DNA from: Candidatus Eiseniibacteriota bacterium
GTDB lineage: Bacteria > JAFGKV01
Direction of reading: 5' to 3'
DNA length: 54,052 nucleotides
Assembly: GCA_025453925.1 (NCBI GenBank)
Contig: JALOPK010000003.1
Location: 1-54,052, forward strand
Shown here: positions 38,629 to 47,988 of the stretch, in pieces
Layout of the letters: the number at the start of each line of letters is the position of its first letter
How positions within the stretch are numbered: position 1 is the stretch's first letter
Made by a program: the position numbers and the translations under genes
Notes under the pieces: model-generated
What the model was told of the DNA's origin: nothing
The model's database searches: none
What the model saw: only the letters and a program-made list of their open reading frames with translations

Positions 38629-40413
38629 CTATGCCCGTCCTGCCACACCCAAAGCTATGACGAGCCCGGCGGCGGCCTTTCGGAGGAGTTCCTCGATCTC
38701 ATGATCCAACGCCTGCCGTTCCATGATGAGGCGTTGGATTGCCGGGTATTGGCCGTCAACAAGGCTGAACAGCGTCGCCAGCGCCGAAGGCATGCGCTCG
38801 ACCGGCACGGCGTCCAGGTGCCCGTTCACGCCCATCCACAGCATGACGACCTGCCGCCAGAGGGGAAGGGGGGCGCCCACGGGCTGCTTGAGGATCTCCA
38901 CGAGACGCGCACCCCGTACCAACTGCTGCTGACTTGCCTGATCCAACTCGGTCGAGATCTGAGCAAACGCCACAAGATCACGGTATTGCGCCAGATCGAG
39001 GCGCGTCCTAGCTGCCACCTGCTTCATGGCCTTGGTCTGGGCATGCCCACCCACCCGTGACACGGAGAGGCCCACATTCAACGCCGGTCTGACGCCGGAA
39101 CGAAAAAGGTCCGCCTCAAGGTAGATCTGGCCATCCGTGATCGAGATGATGTTGGTGGGTATGTAGGAAGCGTAGTCACCCTCCAACGTCTCGACGATGG
39201 GAAGTGCGGTGAGGGAACCCCCCGTTCCGTGCACTCTCGCTACCTCCAGTTCGTCGTGACGGGGATGAGCCGCCAGCGCCTCCATGGCGCGGCCTTTGCC
39301 GTCTTCGCCCTCCCACGCGGTCCCATCGACCGCGTCATCAAGGTGTGCCGGGTCTGTCGAGCGGTCTCGGGGCAGTAGCACGTAGCGCTCGAGGAGCTTG
39401 GCGGCCCGCTCCAGCAGACGAGAATGTATGTTGAAAATGTCGCCCGGGTAGGCCTCGCGACCGGGAGGTCTCCGGAGGAGAAGCGAAATCGAGCGGTACG
39501 CCATGGCATGCTTGGAAAGGTCATCGTACACCACCAGGGCATGGCGCCCCTGGTCCCTGAAATGCTCCCCGATGGCGCATCCGGTGTACGGCGCGATGTA
39601 CTGCATGGTGATGGGATCGGCGGCCGTGGCGGATATGACGACCGTGTGGTCCATTGCCCCGTGGGAGCGCAACATGTCTACCACCGACACCACGCTCGAC
39701 AGTTTCTGACCGATGGCGACGTAGATGCAGAGGACACCGGAGTCCCGCTGATTGAGGATGGCGTCCAATGCAAGGCTGGTCTTCCCGGTCTGACGGTCAC
39801 CGATGATCAGCTCTCGCTGCCCTCGCCCCAAAGGGATCAGGGCATCGATGCAAGTGAGCCCTGTCTGCAAGGGTTCCCGCACCGGCTGGCGTTCGGTGAC
39901 CCCAGGAGCAGGGGCCTCCAAGGCACGAACCGTGAGGCCGTTGTTGCGAACGTGGCGCTGCAGGAAACCGCGCTCCCCTGACGGGCCTGAAGAGGCGGCG
40001 ACATGTGGGGCGGGACCGGCGACCTCACGAAAGGTTGTCGCGTCGATCGCACCACGACCATCAATTGGTTCAGCCAAAGCGCTTACGACACGACCCAGCA
40101 GTTCCTCGCCCACCGGCACGGAGAGGACGCGGTCGAGCCTGCGGGCAAGCCCACCCTGAACTACCGAACTGGCATCGCCCAGGAGGATCGCGCCCACTTC
40201 ATCCCGCTCAAGATTGAACGCCATGCCCCGCACGCCGCCCTCGAACAGCAACATCTCCTCGGTCATGACATTCGGGAGGCCGCGCACCCGGGCGATGCCC
40301 TCCTGCACGTGGACTACTTCGCCGACCTCCTCGTTTCGCATCTCCTCATGGAACGATGCCAAACCTCCCCGAACGGCGCGAGCGATGCGCGCCGTGTCCA
40401 GGTATTCAGCCAC
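38629..40413 (-). CDS. atpA: F1 ATP synthase alpha subunit, with two insertions (594 aa)
   Basis: VVHVQEGIARVRGL, Walker A GDRQTGKT, VYDDLSKHA, REAYPGDIF and GGSLTALPIVET. Extra segments fall near aa 128-165 and 341-396. Confidence 0.95.
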   Translation of the reverse strand: MAEYLDTARIARAVRGGLASFHEEMRNEEVGEVVHVQEGIARVRGLPNVMTEEMLLFEGGVRGMAFNLERDEVGAILLGDASSVVQGGLARRLDRVLSVPVGEELLGRVVSALAEPIDGRGAIDATTFREVAGPAPHVAASSGPSGERGFLQRHVRNNGLTVRALEAPAPGVTERQPVREPLQTGLTCIDALIPLGRGQRELIIGDRQTGKTSLALDAILNQRDSGVLCIYVAIGQKLSSVVSVVDMLRSHGAMDHTVVISATAADPITMQYIAPYTGCAIGEHFRDQGRHALVVYDDLSKHAMAYRSISLLLRRPPGREAYPGDIFNIHSRLLERAAKLLERYVLLPRDRSTDPAHLDDAVDGTAWEGEDGKGRAMEALAAHPRHDELEVARVHGTGGSLTALPIVETLEGDYASYIPTNIISITDGQIYLEADLFRSGVRPALNVGLSVSRVGGHAQTKAMKQVAARTRLDLAQYRDLVAFAQISTELDQASQQQLVRGARLVEILKQPVGAPLPLWRQVVMLWMGVNGHLDAVPVERMPSALATLFSLVDGQYPAIQRLIMERQALDHEIEELLRKAAAGLVIALGVAGRA

Positions 40414-40972
40414 GCAATCCCGCCAATCCGGCCACGTCCCGCTGCATCGCCTTTCGCACCTCGACCAACCTTGCCCTCACCGAGGCATCAACAAGCTCGT
40501 TGCCCACCCTGATCAGCAGACCACCCAGCACCGATGGGTCCACGAATGTCTGCACGCGGACCGGTCTGCCAAACCTCCTGGTCAACGCCTGTTCCAGTCG
40601 TGCTCTCTGGTTGTCATCCAAAGGCACCACCGCGTGCACCTCCGCGGTGATGGTGTCGGCTGCGGCCGCCACCGTGTCCAGATAGCGCTCAATCGTTTCG
40701 CCGATGAGACGCCCATTGCCGTGCTGGGTCATCGCGACCAGATGACCGGTGACTAGTTCGCCTGCGACCTCCTCCAGCGCCTGCGCCACTCGTTCGGCTC
40801 GACGGTCCTCCGGAATCTCAGGATCTCTGAGGGCGCGGAGGAATCTGCTGTCCCGCTTGAGCAGTTGGCTGATGACACGCAGCTCGGCCTCCACCGTCGC
40901 GGTCTCGTGACGGGCCCGCGCGAGCACCAGCAGCGCTTCGGCATAGCCCTCCGCCAGGGAGAGGTTAGCCAC
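40406..40972 (-). CDS. atpH: F1 ATP synthase delta (OSCP) subunit
   Basis: YAEALLVLA...VEAEL...FLRALRDPEIP...GGLLIRVGNELVDASVRARL. Start is uncertain: GTG 40972, coupled to the atpF stop, is preferred over ATG 41029. Confidence 0.8.
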   Translation of the reverse strand: MANLSLAEGYAEALLVLARARHETATVEAELRVISQLLKRDSRFLRALRDPEIPEDRRAERVAQALEEVAGELVTGHLVAMTQHGNGRLIGETIERYLDTVAAAADTITAEVHAVVPLDDNQRARLEQALTRRFGRPVRVQTFVDPSVLGGLLIRVGNELVDASVRARLVEVRKAMQRDVAGLAGLRG

Positions 40973-41525
40973 CCTCCTGCTCCAAGTCAGCAATGACCCT
41001 GTCGACGAGCTGGCGGTGCTTGTCGCCATCGAGCTCTTCGTGGACGATGCGGGATGCCGCTTCCACTGCCAGATCCGCCACCGTCTCTGCCAGTTCGGAC
41101 AATGCGTGCCGCCGGTCCCGGGCGACCTCCAGCTCGGCCTGCTTCATGACTCGGGCAGCATCCTGCCGGGCCTCATCGAGAATGCGCAGACGCTGGGCCT
41201 CGGCTGCTCCCCTGGCCGTGTCCACCACATCCCGCGCCTCCTCCTGGGCGGCAGCGAGCATCCGCTCCCGCTCCCTTGCAGCAGCCTCCGCCCGGACTCT
41301 GGCCTCCTCGGCCTTTGCCAGACTCTCCTGTATCCGTTTCTCCCGTTGTTGCACCAGAAACAGCATGGGGCGGTAAGCATAACGGCCCAGGAGGAAGAGG
41401 ACGAGGAGGAAGCTGATCCACGTCCAGATCATGAGACCGAGATCCAGCTTGAGAAGCCCCTCGGTGGGGGCGCCGCCGCCTGCCGCTGCCATCAAGGGAA
41501 CGACCCAGAAGGGAGATCCGGCCAC
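40965..41525 (-). CDS. atpF: Fo ATP synthase subunit b
   Basis: One N-terminal TM segment, then a long charged helix (RIQESLAKAEEARVRAEAAARE...). Confidence 0.85.
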   Translation of the reverse strand: MAGSPFWVVPLMAAAGGGAPTEGLLKLDLGLMIWTWISFLLVLFLLGRYAYRPMLFLVQQREKRIQESLAKAEEARVRAEAAARERERMLAAAQEEARDVVDTARGAAEAQRLRILDEARQDAARVMKQAELEVARDRRHALSELAETVADLAVEAASRIVHEELDGDKHRQLVDRVIADLEQEGG

Positions 41526-41530
41526 CGGCG

Positions 41531-41761
41531 CTATGCCTTGAACGCCAAGAACAGGGCTATGACCAGTGCGTAGAGCGCCAAGGCTTCAACGAATGCAATG
41601 CCCATGACCATCAGCCGCTGGATGGCCCCGGCCGCCTCCGGCTGTCGCGACACCCCCTCGAGCCCCTTCCCCACCATAAATCCCATGCCGAGGCCGGTGC
41701 CCATGGCCGCCAAACCGATGGCCAGTCCGGAACCGAGCCAGGCCAATGCAACGCTATCCAC
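41531..41761 (-). CDS. atpE: Fo ATP synthase subunit c
   Basis: 76-aa hairpin with loop GVSRQPEA and carboxylate in AFVEALALYALV. Confidence 0.9.
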   Translation of the reverse strand: MDSVALAWLGSGLAIGLAAMGTGLGMGFMVGKGLEGVSRQPEAAGAIQRLMVMGIAFVEALALYALVIALFLAFKA

Positions 41762-41778
41762 GCGGATCCTCCCTTGGC

Positions 41779-42534
41779 TTACGCCTCGCCCACCACCTCA
41801 GACAGGTAGATGGCCGTGAGCATGGAGAATATGTACGCTTGCACCAGGCCCACGAAGATCTCAAACAGCGACATGAGCACGGCGCCTACGAGCGGCACTG
41901 CCTTCAGGAACCAGAGGCCCGTCGCCGACATCCCGAGGAACACGAGAATCAGTAGGTGGCCTGCAAGCATGTTCGCGAAAAGCCTGATCGCAAGACTGAA
42001 CGGTCTCGCGAGGGCGCTGATGATCTCGATCGGTACCATCAGGGGCAACAGCATCGTGGGAACACCTTCGGGAACGAACCCGCGGAGGTATCCTCGAACC
42101 CCCCGGAGGCGCAGGCCCTCGACCTGGACCAGTACGAACACGAACATCGCAAGGGCGGCCGTGACGCTGATGTTGCTGGTGGCAGAGTAGGAGAATGGCA
42201 ACGGCACGAGCCCTACCCAGTTGCTCACGAGTATGAAGAAGAACAGCGTCGCGATCAGGGGAAAGTAGCGGACGCCGCGACTTCCCATGTTTCGCTTTAC
42301 GATATCCTCTCTGATGAACAGAAGCATGGCCTCCAGGACGGTGCGCAGTCCTCTGGTCGCAGGCCCCGAGTGCCGGGAGGCCACGAGGAAGACCCCCACC
42401 AGCACCGCGCACCCTGCCCACATGAACAGGACAGCCTCGGTGATGTCGAGCCTCAGTCCCGCGGCATCGATTCTGAGAATGGTGTGCAGGCGAAGGTGGT
42501 CGACGGGATTGCCTGATGCAGCGAGGGTGTTCAT
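41779..42534 (-). CDS. atpB: Fo ATP synthase subunit a
   Basis: Polytopic membrane protein with the conserved SLAIRLFANMLAGH motif. Confidence 0.9.
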   Translation of the reverse strand: MNTLAASGNPVDHLRLHTILRIDAAGLRLDITEAVLFMWAGCAVLVGVFLVASRHSGPATRGLRTVLEAMLLFIREDIVKRNMGSRGVRYFPLIATLFFFILVSNWVGLVPLPFSYSATSNISVTAALAMFVFVLVQVEGLRLRGVRGYLRGFVPEGVPTMLLPLMVPIEIISALARPFSLAIRLFANMLAGHLLILVFLGMSATGLWFLKAVPLVGAVLMSLFEIFVGLVQAYIFSMLTAIYLSEVVGEA

Positions 42535-42791
42535 GGCAGAAGCCGTCGCAGGATGCGCGCCGTCTGGATGGCGTACCCCGCCAGCAGGGCCAGCATCATG
42601 GCCAGACTGTCAGCCCCGGCTGCGATGCTTCCGGCCAGCACGACGGCGAGGAGGGCGAGACGGGCGACGAATCGCCACGCGATCCGCCGGGCGGAGAGAG
42701 TGAGAGACGAACCGGTGAACGGGCGCAACGCCAAGGATGAGTCCGCCGTTCCGAGCACGGCGCCTACCGCAACGGATATGATCGCGTTCAC
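42531..42791 (-). CDS. atpI: ATP synthase protein I-like small membrane protein
   Basis: An 86-aa hydrophobic protein immediately upstream of atpB. The assignment rests on position. Confidence 0.5.
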   Translation of the reverse strand: MNAIISVAVGAVLGTADSSLALRPFTGSSLTLSARRIAWRFVARLALLAVVLAGSIAAGADSLAMMLALLAGYAIQTARILRRLLP

Positions 42792-42794
42792 GGA

Positions 42795-42995
42795 TCAGCT
42801 CCGCACTGCCCGGTAGAGATCCCAGAACCCCGCGGACGCGCCCAGGACGAATCCGGCGACGAAACACCAGGGCGCGCTGTGCCAGCGCGCGTCCAGGGTC
42901 CGCCCCAGCAGGCTACCGATGAGCACCGACGCCAGCATCTGGGTTCCTGCCATGGTCAGTGAGCGAGAGGACAGGGTCATGGCGACTCCGTCCAA
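42795..42995 (-). CDS. AtpZ/ATPase_gene1-like small membrane protein
   Basis: GTQMLASVLIGSLLGRTLDARWHSAPWCFVAGFVLGASAGFWDLYR resembles the AtpZ/AtpI (PF09527) pattern. It is the first gene of the atp operon. Confidence 0.6.
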   Translation of the reverse strand: MDGVAMTLSSRSLTMAGTQMLASVLIGSLLGRTLDARWHSAPWCFVAGFVLGASAGFWDLYRAVRS

Positions 42996-43083
42996 CGTGC
43001 CGGTAGCGAACCGGCTTCCGTCACACTATCATTCACGTCATTCGCCTCGGTTATCTCAGTAACAAAGCGAAGAAACGTCTCCG

Positions 43084-44007
43084 ATGATCGAATCGCAACA
43101 ATCCAAGTCCAACGGAATCATGATCTCGCCCGCCATCGCCGGGAGTCTCGCCGCCGGTGGGGCCATCGTTGCGCTGGAGACGGCGGTTTTCACCCATGGC
43201 CTGCCCCGGGACGCCGCCGTGCCGTGCGTCCGTGAGATCCGAACGTCCGTGAAAGCAGAGGGGGCCGATCCGGCCATCTGTGGGGTCGTGGAGGGGCGGC
43301 CCACCATCGGGATGTCCGACCTCGAGATCGAGTGTCTGCTGACGGCCGAGGGAGAAAAGACCTCGCCGGCAACCCTTCCCCGTGTGGTCGGCCTCCGACA
43401 GTGGGCGGGGACAACGGCCGGAGCCACGATGATCCTCGCCCATCACGTGGGCATCACGTGCGTGGCGACGGGCGGCATCGGTGGCGTGCATCCGGGGGCA
43501 GGCCATGACGTCTCTGGAGACCTGACCTGCCTCGGCAGGTTGCCTCTCATTGTGATCTGCTCCGGGGCCAAAGCGATTCTAGATCTCGACGCCACCATGG
43601 AGGTTCTGGAGACGCTCGGCGTAACGGTGGTCGGGTACCGCACCGACGAGCTCCCCGGCTTTTACACGTGCACGACGGGGCGCCGGCTTCCCGGTCGGGT
43701 TGAGTCGCCGCATGAGATCATGGCGGTGTGGCGCGCAGCGCGATCGGTGGGGAGCCCCGCGTCCCTGGTGGTCATGAACCCTCCACCGGCTCATCTCGCG
43801 TTCGACGCACCGGCCGTGGAAGCCGCCGTCCGGCGCGCGCGACAGACCCCCTGTGCCGGCCCGTCCGCCACCCCTACCCTGCTCAGACTGGTTCAGGAGG
43901 ATCTTGGCCCCCGATCGGTGCAGCTCAACCAGGCCCTTCTTGTGGCGAACGCCCGGCTGGCTGCCCAGGTCGGAATCGTCATCTCTCGGGAAGGCTACTC
44001 CAGGTAG
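43084..44007 (+). CDS. psuG: Pseudouridine-5'-phosphate glycosidase
   Basis: GGAIVALETAVFTHGLPRD, TTAGATMILAH..GI.V.ATGGIGGVH and ICSGAKAILD. Its end overlaps the speA end convergently. Confidence 0.85.
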   Translation: MIESQQSKSNGIMISPAIAGSLAAGGAIVALETAVFTHGLPRDAAVPCVREIRTSVKAEGADPAICGVVEGRPTIGMSDLEIECLLTAEGEKTSPATLPRVVGLRQWAGTTAGATMILAHHVGITCVATGGIGGVHPGAGHDVSGDLTCLGRLPLIVICSGAKAILDLDATMEVLETLGVTVVGYRTDELPGFYTCTTGRRLPGRVESPHEIMAVWRAARSVGSPASLVVMNPPPAHLAFDAPAVEAAVRRARQTPCAGPSATPTLLRLVQEDLGPRSVQLNQALLVANARLAAQVGIVISREGYSR

Positions 44008-45923
44008 GTATACCCTTCCAGGCCCTCCTCCAGGAATTTCTGGATTCGGGCGCTCTCCTTGATGGTGATGCGCTTCCTCTCAATGCTCTCTTCGACCGCA
44101 CGTCGGAACATCGTCATGATATCGCGCTTCTGGTACTGCATGTACGCGAGCGCATCACGCACGGTATCACCTTCCACGATCTTGTCGATCCTGTAGGTGT
44201 TCTTACCCGTGATGCTCACGTGCACGGTGTGGGTATCACCGAAGAGATTGTGAAGGTCGCCAAGCACCTCCTGGTATGCCCCGACGAGAAACACCCCGAC
44301 ATGGTACGGATCCTTGCGGAGTTCATGCAGGTCGATGGTGTTGCGAACGTCGCGAAGGTCGATGAACTGATCGATCTTCCCGTCCGAGTCACAGGTGATA
44401 TCGGCGAATGTCGCCTTTCGGGTCGGTCGTTCCTGGAGGCGATGGATGGGAACCACCGGAAAGAGCTGCTTCACCGCCCAATGATCGGGGAGGCTTTGGA
44501 AGATGGACAGGTTGCCGTAGTAGATGTCTGACACGAACGAGTCCAGATGCTCGAATTCGTCCGGCACATAGTCCAGCCCGCGCACGATCTTGGCAATGCC
44601 CACGCAGATGAGCCAGAACAACCGTTCCGCCGTGGCTCGTGCTTCAAGCGAGAGCATCCCCACGTTGAAAAGGGTCAACGCCTCGTCTCGTGCCTGGATG
44701 GCGTCGTGATAGGACTCCTGGAAGTTCTTGACGGAGAGGCTGCGCAGGATCTCCAGAAGGCCACTCACGGGCTCAGGGGGCGCGGCGGGTATCTCCGGCA
44801 TGGCAGTCTCGGTGCTGAACTCGCTGGTGCCCAGCACGTTGAACACCAGAACCGAGTGGTAGGCCACCAAGGCGCGACCGCTCTCGGAAATGATGGTGGG
44901 ATGAGGCAGCCCATGAGCGGCACAGGTTTCGGATATGGCGGACACCACGTCGCTGGCGTACTCGAGCAGCGTATAGTTGGCGCTGGACGAGAAGTTCGTC
45001 ATGCTCCCATCATAGTCGACGGCAAGACCTCCTCCAACATCGAAGTAGCGGATGCCCACGCCGAGTCGCATCATCTCCGCGAAGAGCCTCGTGCTCTCCC
45101 GTAACGCATCCTTGATGCTCTGAATCGCAGTGATTTGAGAACCGAGATGGAAGTGGAGAAGCTGAAGGCAATCTAGCATCCCGGCCCGCTCAAGCTTCTG
45201 GATGGCCTCAAGGATCTCGGAGGGAAAGAGTCCGAACTTGGATCGGTCGCCACCGGAACCTTCCCACTTTCCCTTGCCCCGCGCCGCCAGCTTGGCCCGG
45301 ATGCCGATGACGGGGCGCACCTTCAACCGGCGTGCGACCTGGATGACGATGTCGAGTTCGGAAGGCTTCTCGACCACGATGAGGACCAGTCTGCCAAGCT
45401 TCTGTGCCCAGAGGGCTATCTCGATGAACTCGGTGTCCTTGTAGCCATTGCACACGATGGGAGCGCCCGGGGTGTCGAGTGACGCCACCGCGATGAGGAG
45501 TTCGGGTTTGCTCCCTGCCTCCAGACCGAAACGGTACGGCCTGCCGAATTCGATGATGTCCTCGACCACTTCCTTGCTCTGGTTCACCTTCACGGGATAG
45601 GCGCCAAGGTAGCCGCCTCCGTAGCCATAGTCGTGCATCGCCTGCTGAAATGAGGATTGGATCTCGTCGATTCGCTGTTTCAGGATGTCAGTGAATCGAA
45701 TGAGAATCGGAGGCGTGATGTCACGCATTCGAAGTTCATCGACAAGTTCTTTGATATCGAGGTAATGATCTCTGTTCTTGTGCGGGAGAACGATGACGTT
45801 GCCCTTCCCATTGATATCGAAGAATCCCTTGCCCCAGTTTTTCAGGCCGTAGAGTTCCCGCGCCATGTCGACTGACCATCGTTCCAACGCCGTCTGTTCC
45901 TTTAGCTTGATCTTTTGCCTCAT
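43995..45923 (-). CDS. speA: Biosynthetic arginine decarboxylase
   Basis: ELYGLKNWGKGFFDINGKGNVIV, ILIRFTDIL, AYPVKVN, LGSQI and the C-terminal tail match SpeA throughout. Confidence 0.92.
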   Translation of the reverse strand: MRQKIKLKEQTALERWSVDMARELYGLKNWGKGFFDINGKGNVIVLPHKNRDHYLDIKELVDELRMRDITPPILIRFTDILKQRIDEIQSSFQQAMHDYGYGGGYLGAYPVKVNQSKEVVEDIIEFGRPYRFGLEAGSKPELLIAVASLDTPGAPIVCNGYKDTEFIEIALWAQKLGRLVLIVVEKPSELDIVIQVARRLKVRPVIGIRAKLAARGKGKWEGSGGDRSKFGLFPSEILEAIQKLERAGMLDCLQLLHFHLGSQITAIQSIKDALRESTRLFAEMMRLGVGIRYFDVGGGLAVDYDGSMTNFSSSANYTLLEYASDVVSAISETCAAHGLPHPTIISESGRALVAYHSVLVFNVLGTSEFSTETAMPEIPAAPPEPVSGLLEILRSLSVKNFQESYHDAIQARDEALTLFNVGMLSLEARATAERLFWLICVGIAKIVRGLDYVPDEFEHLDSFVSDIYYGNLSIFQSLPDHWAVKQLFPVVPIHRLQERPTRKATFADITCDSDGKIDQFIDLRDVRNTIDLHELRKDPYHVGVFLVGAYQEVLGDLHNLFGDTHTVHVSITGKNTYRIDKIVEGDTVRDALAYMQYQKRDIMTMFRRAVEESIERKRITIKESARIQKFLEEGLEGYTYLE

Positions 45924-46077
45924 GCACCACCTCAATGGAATTGGGAGTGACAGTCAAGTATCCATCCGCGCGTGTCGGCGCAAGGGAATCGGTGCCTCCG
46001 TGCACCCTGAACCCCATGCCGGACCGTCAGCTCCTTCGACGGCAATGCCCCGGTGTCGCCCCCGCCATGTAGGAGGG

Positions 46078-47472
46078 TCAGTGCGGATCTGTCCGGTCGA
46101 TGATCATGACGGTGATATCATCGGACTGCTCCGTGCCTGCCGCGTACCGCCGCACCGAGCGAACCAACGCATCCGCGGCGTCTTCCGCGCTCCTGTTCAG
46201 CGTGCGGCCGACAAGGGCCAGCAGACGATCCATTCCGTACATGTCGCCATGCCGGTTCTGGGCCTCAACCACGCCGTCGGTATACAACACCACGCGATCA
46301 CCAGTGCGAAAGGGAAGATGGCGCACCATGCGAGGCAGGGCCGGGAACAGTCCGATAGGCAGGCCGGTGGCCGGAAGCTGGGTGACGTCGCCTTCACCCG
46401 TGATCAACAACCCGGGATTGTGGCCGGCGTTCGAGAACACGAGCATGTCGTTCTCTACCGCGGCCATCAAGAGCGTGATGAAGGTTCCCGCGGGCATGAT
46501 CTTGGACAGGTGCGCATCGATGGTCACAGTCTGAGCGAGCAGATCGAGCTCTTGCTCACCGAGGTACCGGAGCAGACCGGAGAGGCTCGCCATCCATAGC
46601 GCGGCGCCCGGACCCTTGCCGCTTACGTCGCCCACCATGACATAGTAGCGCTGTCCCACGGCGAACCCGTCGTAAAGGTCCCCCCCCATGCGCCGAGCGG
46701 GGAGATTGACTGCTGAGATTCGCAGACCGGCGGGGGGATCGAAGCTGCGCGGCAGCATCTTTCGCTGGAAGGACTGCGCCACGGAGAGTTCCATCTCCAT
46801 GCGTCGCTTCCTCAGTTCCGCCTCGTGCATCCTGCTCTTCTGGAGGGCAAGGCTGGCGACGACCGCGAAAGCTTCGAGGAGGCCCTGGTCGTCACGACTG
46901 AAACAACCGCCCTGTCGGCGGTTGAGTACCTGAATGGTGCCCAGGATGCGGGAACCCGCCTTCAATGGCACGCACAGGTAGCCCCGAGTGGTGAATCCCG
47001 TCATATCCCCCACCCCTGCATAGTGGCGCGGATCATGGGAGACATCCCCGATGTTCGCCGTTTCCCCCGTCCGCGCGACCCAGCCCGCGATGCCGGTGCT
47101 CAGGGGGAATCCAACCCTCTCCATGACGCGCGGGGGTAGATTGGTTGACGCCGCCATCATCAGACGCCGGCGGTGGTGGTCCAGGAGAAAAACGGATGCC
47201 GCCTCGGCATGCGTGAGCCGACGCGCCGCGTGCATGACATGTCGCAGGACGCGGTGAAAGTCATGTTCCCGAAGAACCGACTGCAACGCGTGAAGCAGAG
47301 CCGCGCTTCTTCCGTCCAATGTGCACTCCCGCGGAAACCGCCCCGTGGCGGAAGGAACACGGTACGCGCGACAGGGGCAAGCAGTGGCTCGGCGGGGCTC
47401 CGGCCCGGCCACCAGAGTCGTCAGGAGTTCATTTGGGAGCTCGCCGACCCGGAGGAGCCGGGGATGGCTCAT
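46078..47472 (-). CDS. GAF domain - PP2C (SpoIIE/RsbU-type) serine phosphatase
   Basis: GAF region: ASVFLLD...TGIAGWVARTGE..NI.DV..DPR...CVPL. PPM/SpoIIE region: GGDLYD...VMVGDVSGKG..AAL...TLLMA...NAGHNP...LYTDGVVEA...DDITVMII. Its ATG overlaps the protease stop (ATGA). Confidence 0.85.
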   Translation of the reverse strand: MSHPRLLRVGELPNELLTTLVAGPEPRRATACPCRAYRVPSATGRFPRECTLDGRSAALLHALQSVLREHDFHRVLRHVMHAARRLTHAEAASVFLLDHHRRRLMMAASTNLPPRVMERVGFPLSTGIAGWVARTGETANIGDVSHDPRHYAGVGDMTGFTTRGYLCVPLKAGSRILGTIQVLNRRQGGCFSRDDQGLLEAFAVVASLALQKSRMHEAELRKRRMEMELSVAQSFQRKMLPRSFDPPAGLRISAVNLPARRMGGDLYDGFAVGQRYYVMVGDVSGKGPGAALWMASLSGLLRYLGEQELDLLAQTVTIDAHLSKIMPAGTFITLLMAAVENDMLVFSNAGHNPGLLITGEGDVTQLPATGLPIGLFPALPRMVRHLPFRTGDRVVLYTDGVVEAQNRHGDMYGMDRLLALVGRTLNRSAEDAADALVRSVRRYAAGTEQSDDITVMIIDRTDPH

Positions 47473-47984
47473 CCCTGTCGGCGGTTGGTGGGCTCCCGGT
47501 GTCCGCCGTCGGGCGCGTCACCTCTCTCGAACCCACGGATGCGGGCCGTGACCACCCCCTGGAGATGCCCCGCCGCCCGGGCGACGGGCTCGCTGAGTCG
47601 CTCAGTGAATTCGGTTGGCATGGCGATGCGCACGCCCCACACCTCCCACCGCGGGAAGCTGTCGGGGCCGTGGATGGCTTCCAGATGCGCGAGGAGAGTG
47701 GCGACATCGGTGTGGTGGAACGACGGTGCGTGCAACCGGCAGCCGCCCGTGATCAGGTCGATCTGGCCGATGGGCTGCCCGACGAGGGCATCCAGCACGA
47801 TGAGGTGGCCGATCCTCCCTACCCAGTCGTCCAGTTCGAACAGATCGCCCTCAATGCGATGAAACGCGACGCGTCGACTCCACTGGGCCTGGATCCGAAG
47901 GCGCTCCAGCACCACATGCCCCACCCCGTCGTCCCCCAGCAAGGGATTCCCGGCGCTGGCGACGAGTATTGGAGAGCGGGGAAT
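47469..47984 (-). CDS. [NiFe] hydrogenase maturation endopeptidase (HybD/HoxW/FrhD family); start codon unresolved
   Basis: The conserved N-terminus ILVASAGNPLLGDDGVGHVV is encoded in frame, but the only ATG/GTG/TTG is the TTG inside it at 47942. The in-frame region upstream, back to the stop at 48066, has only ATT (47984) and ATA (47969) as near-cognate starts. Confidence 0.75.
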   Translation of the reverse strand: MPRSPILVASAGNPLLGDDGVGHVVLERLRIQAQWSRRVAFHRIEGDLFELDDWVGRIGHLIVLDALVGQPIGQIDLITGGCRLHAPSFHHTDVATLLAHLEAIHGPDSFPRWEVWGVRIAMPTEFTERLSEPVARAAGHLQGVVTARIRGFERGDAPDGGHREPTNRRQG

Positions 47985-47988
47985 CGAC

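Noticed and set aside
41531-42995. Na+-translocating N-type ATPase or Na+-specific c-ring
   Set aside because: The operon contains a delta subunit and has the canonical F-type order. The c subunit has Ala, not Ser/Thr, after the carboxylate (FVEALA) and lacks the Gln/Glu Na+ ligand pattern. It is an ordinary H+ F1Fo despite the two small upstream membrane genes.
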